This document shows positions 63,861-64,000 of a stretch of DNA of 64,000 nt, in pieces; the first letter of the stretch is position 1; each line of letters starts with the position of its first letter. The position numbers and the translations under genes are program-made. The notes under the pieces are model-generated. The model had not been told where the DNA came from and did not search any database. It saw nothing but the letters and a program-made list of their open reading frames with translations. The DNA is from Oopsacas minuta. Its lineage: Eukaryota; Animalia; Porifera. The stretch spans positions 360,620-424,619 of the forward strand of contig JAKMXF010000306.1 in NCBI GenBank assembly GCA_024704765.1. Direction: 5' to 3'.

Positions 63861-64000
63861 ACTGGCGCTGCAAGTGCACTAGCACGTTGGCGTTGTATCG
63901 TCCGCTTCAGGCTGTCCAGCTTGGGTAGTTTAGCAGCAGTACCCTCTGATGCTGTCTGCAAACTCTCGCCCACTATGTGGTGTGCGCTATCCTGGGACTC
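63861..64000 (-). repeat. Inverted duplicate of 63344-63483 (139/140 identical), runs off the window
   Basis: actggcgctgcaagtgcac...gggactc is the reverse complement of gagtccc...gcgccagt; one mismatch (tgtatcgtcc versus tgtattgtcc). Confidence 0.95.

Larger units (their letters stand above)
62591..64000 (+). mobile_element. Mutator-like (FLYWCH-MULE) transposon, 5' part; truncated by an inverted self-duplication
   Basis: GYKY...WQCEERGTCKARIHT...HTHAP (FLYWCH-type finger), FLIFGT*, WLADGTFKTAPPLFAQVYVVHG, LLPNKTE and MLLD; tandem terminal repeats. The left boundary is approximate. Confidence 0.88.

Overview
AT-rich animal (metazoan) genomic DNA, not prokaryotic. The only clear host gene is on the minus strand: a Shark/HTK16-type (SH2-ankyrin-SH2-kinase, Syk-family-related) tyrosine kinase. 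One exon (35935-36735) encodes ankyrin repeats, the second SH2 and the start of the kinase Gly-rich loop. It splices in phase 0 across a 33,557-bp GT-AG intron (2378-35934) to the terminal kinase exon (1574-2377), giving GSGEFGA|VYSGKF. I could not find the N-terminal SH2/ankyrin exons in the remaining 27 kb. Most of the rest is a nested graveyard of DNA transposons: about six mariner (DD34D) copies or fragments, a maT (DD37D), a DD41D-like element, a pogo/Tigger, several hAT, four THAP/P-element copies, a Chapaev nested in a Chapaev3, a Transib/RAG1-core-like relic split by a hAT, and a FLYWCH-MULE ending in an inverted self-duplication. There are also two old CR1/L2-type LINE fragments. No rRNA, tRNA, CRISPR array or RNA-guided nuclease ORF was recognised. 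I cannot support a wholly new biological system. The most noteworthy objects are the 415-bp-TIR Chapaev, the RAG1-like relic, the near-intact CG-terminated P element family, the twin dead mariners and the fold-back MULE. Family assignments come from remembered motifs, not database searches.
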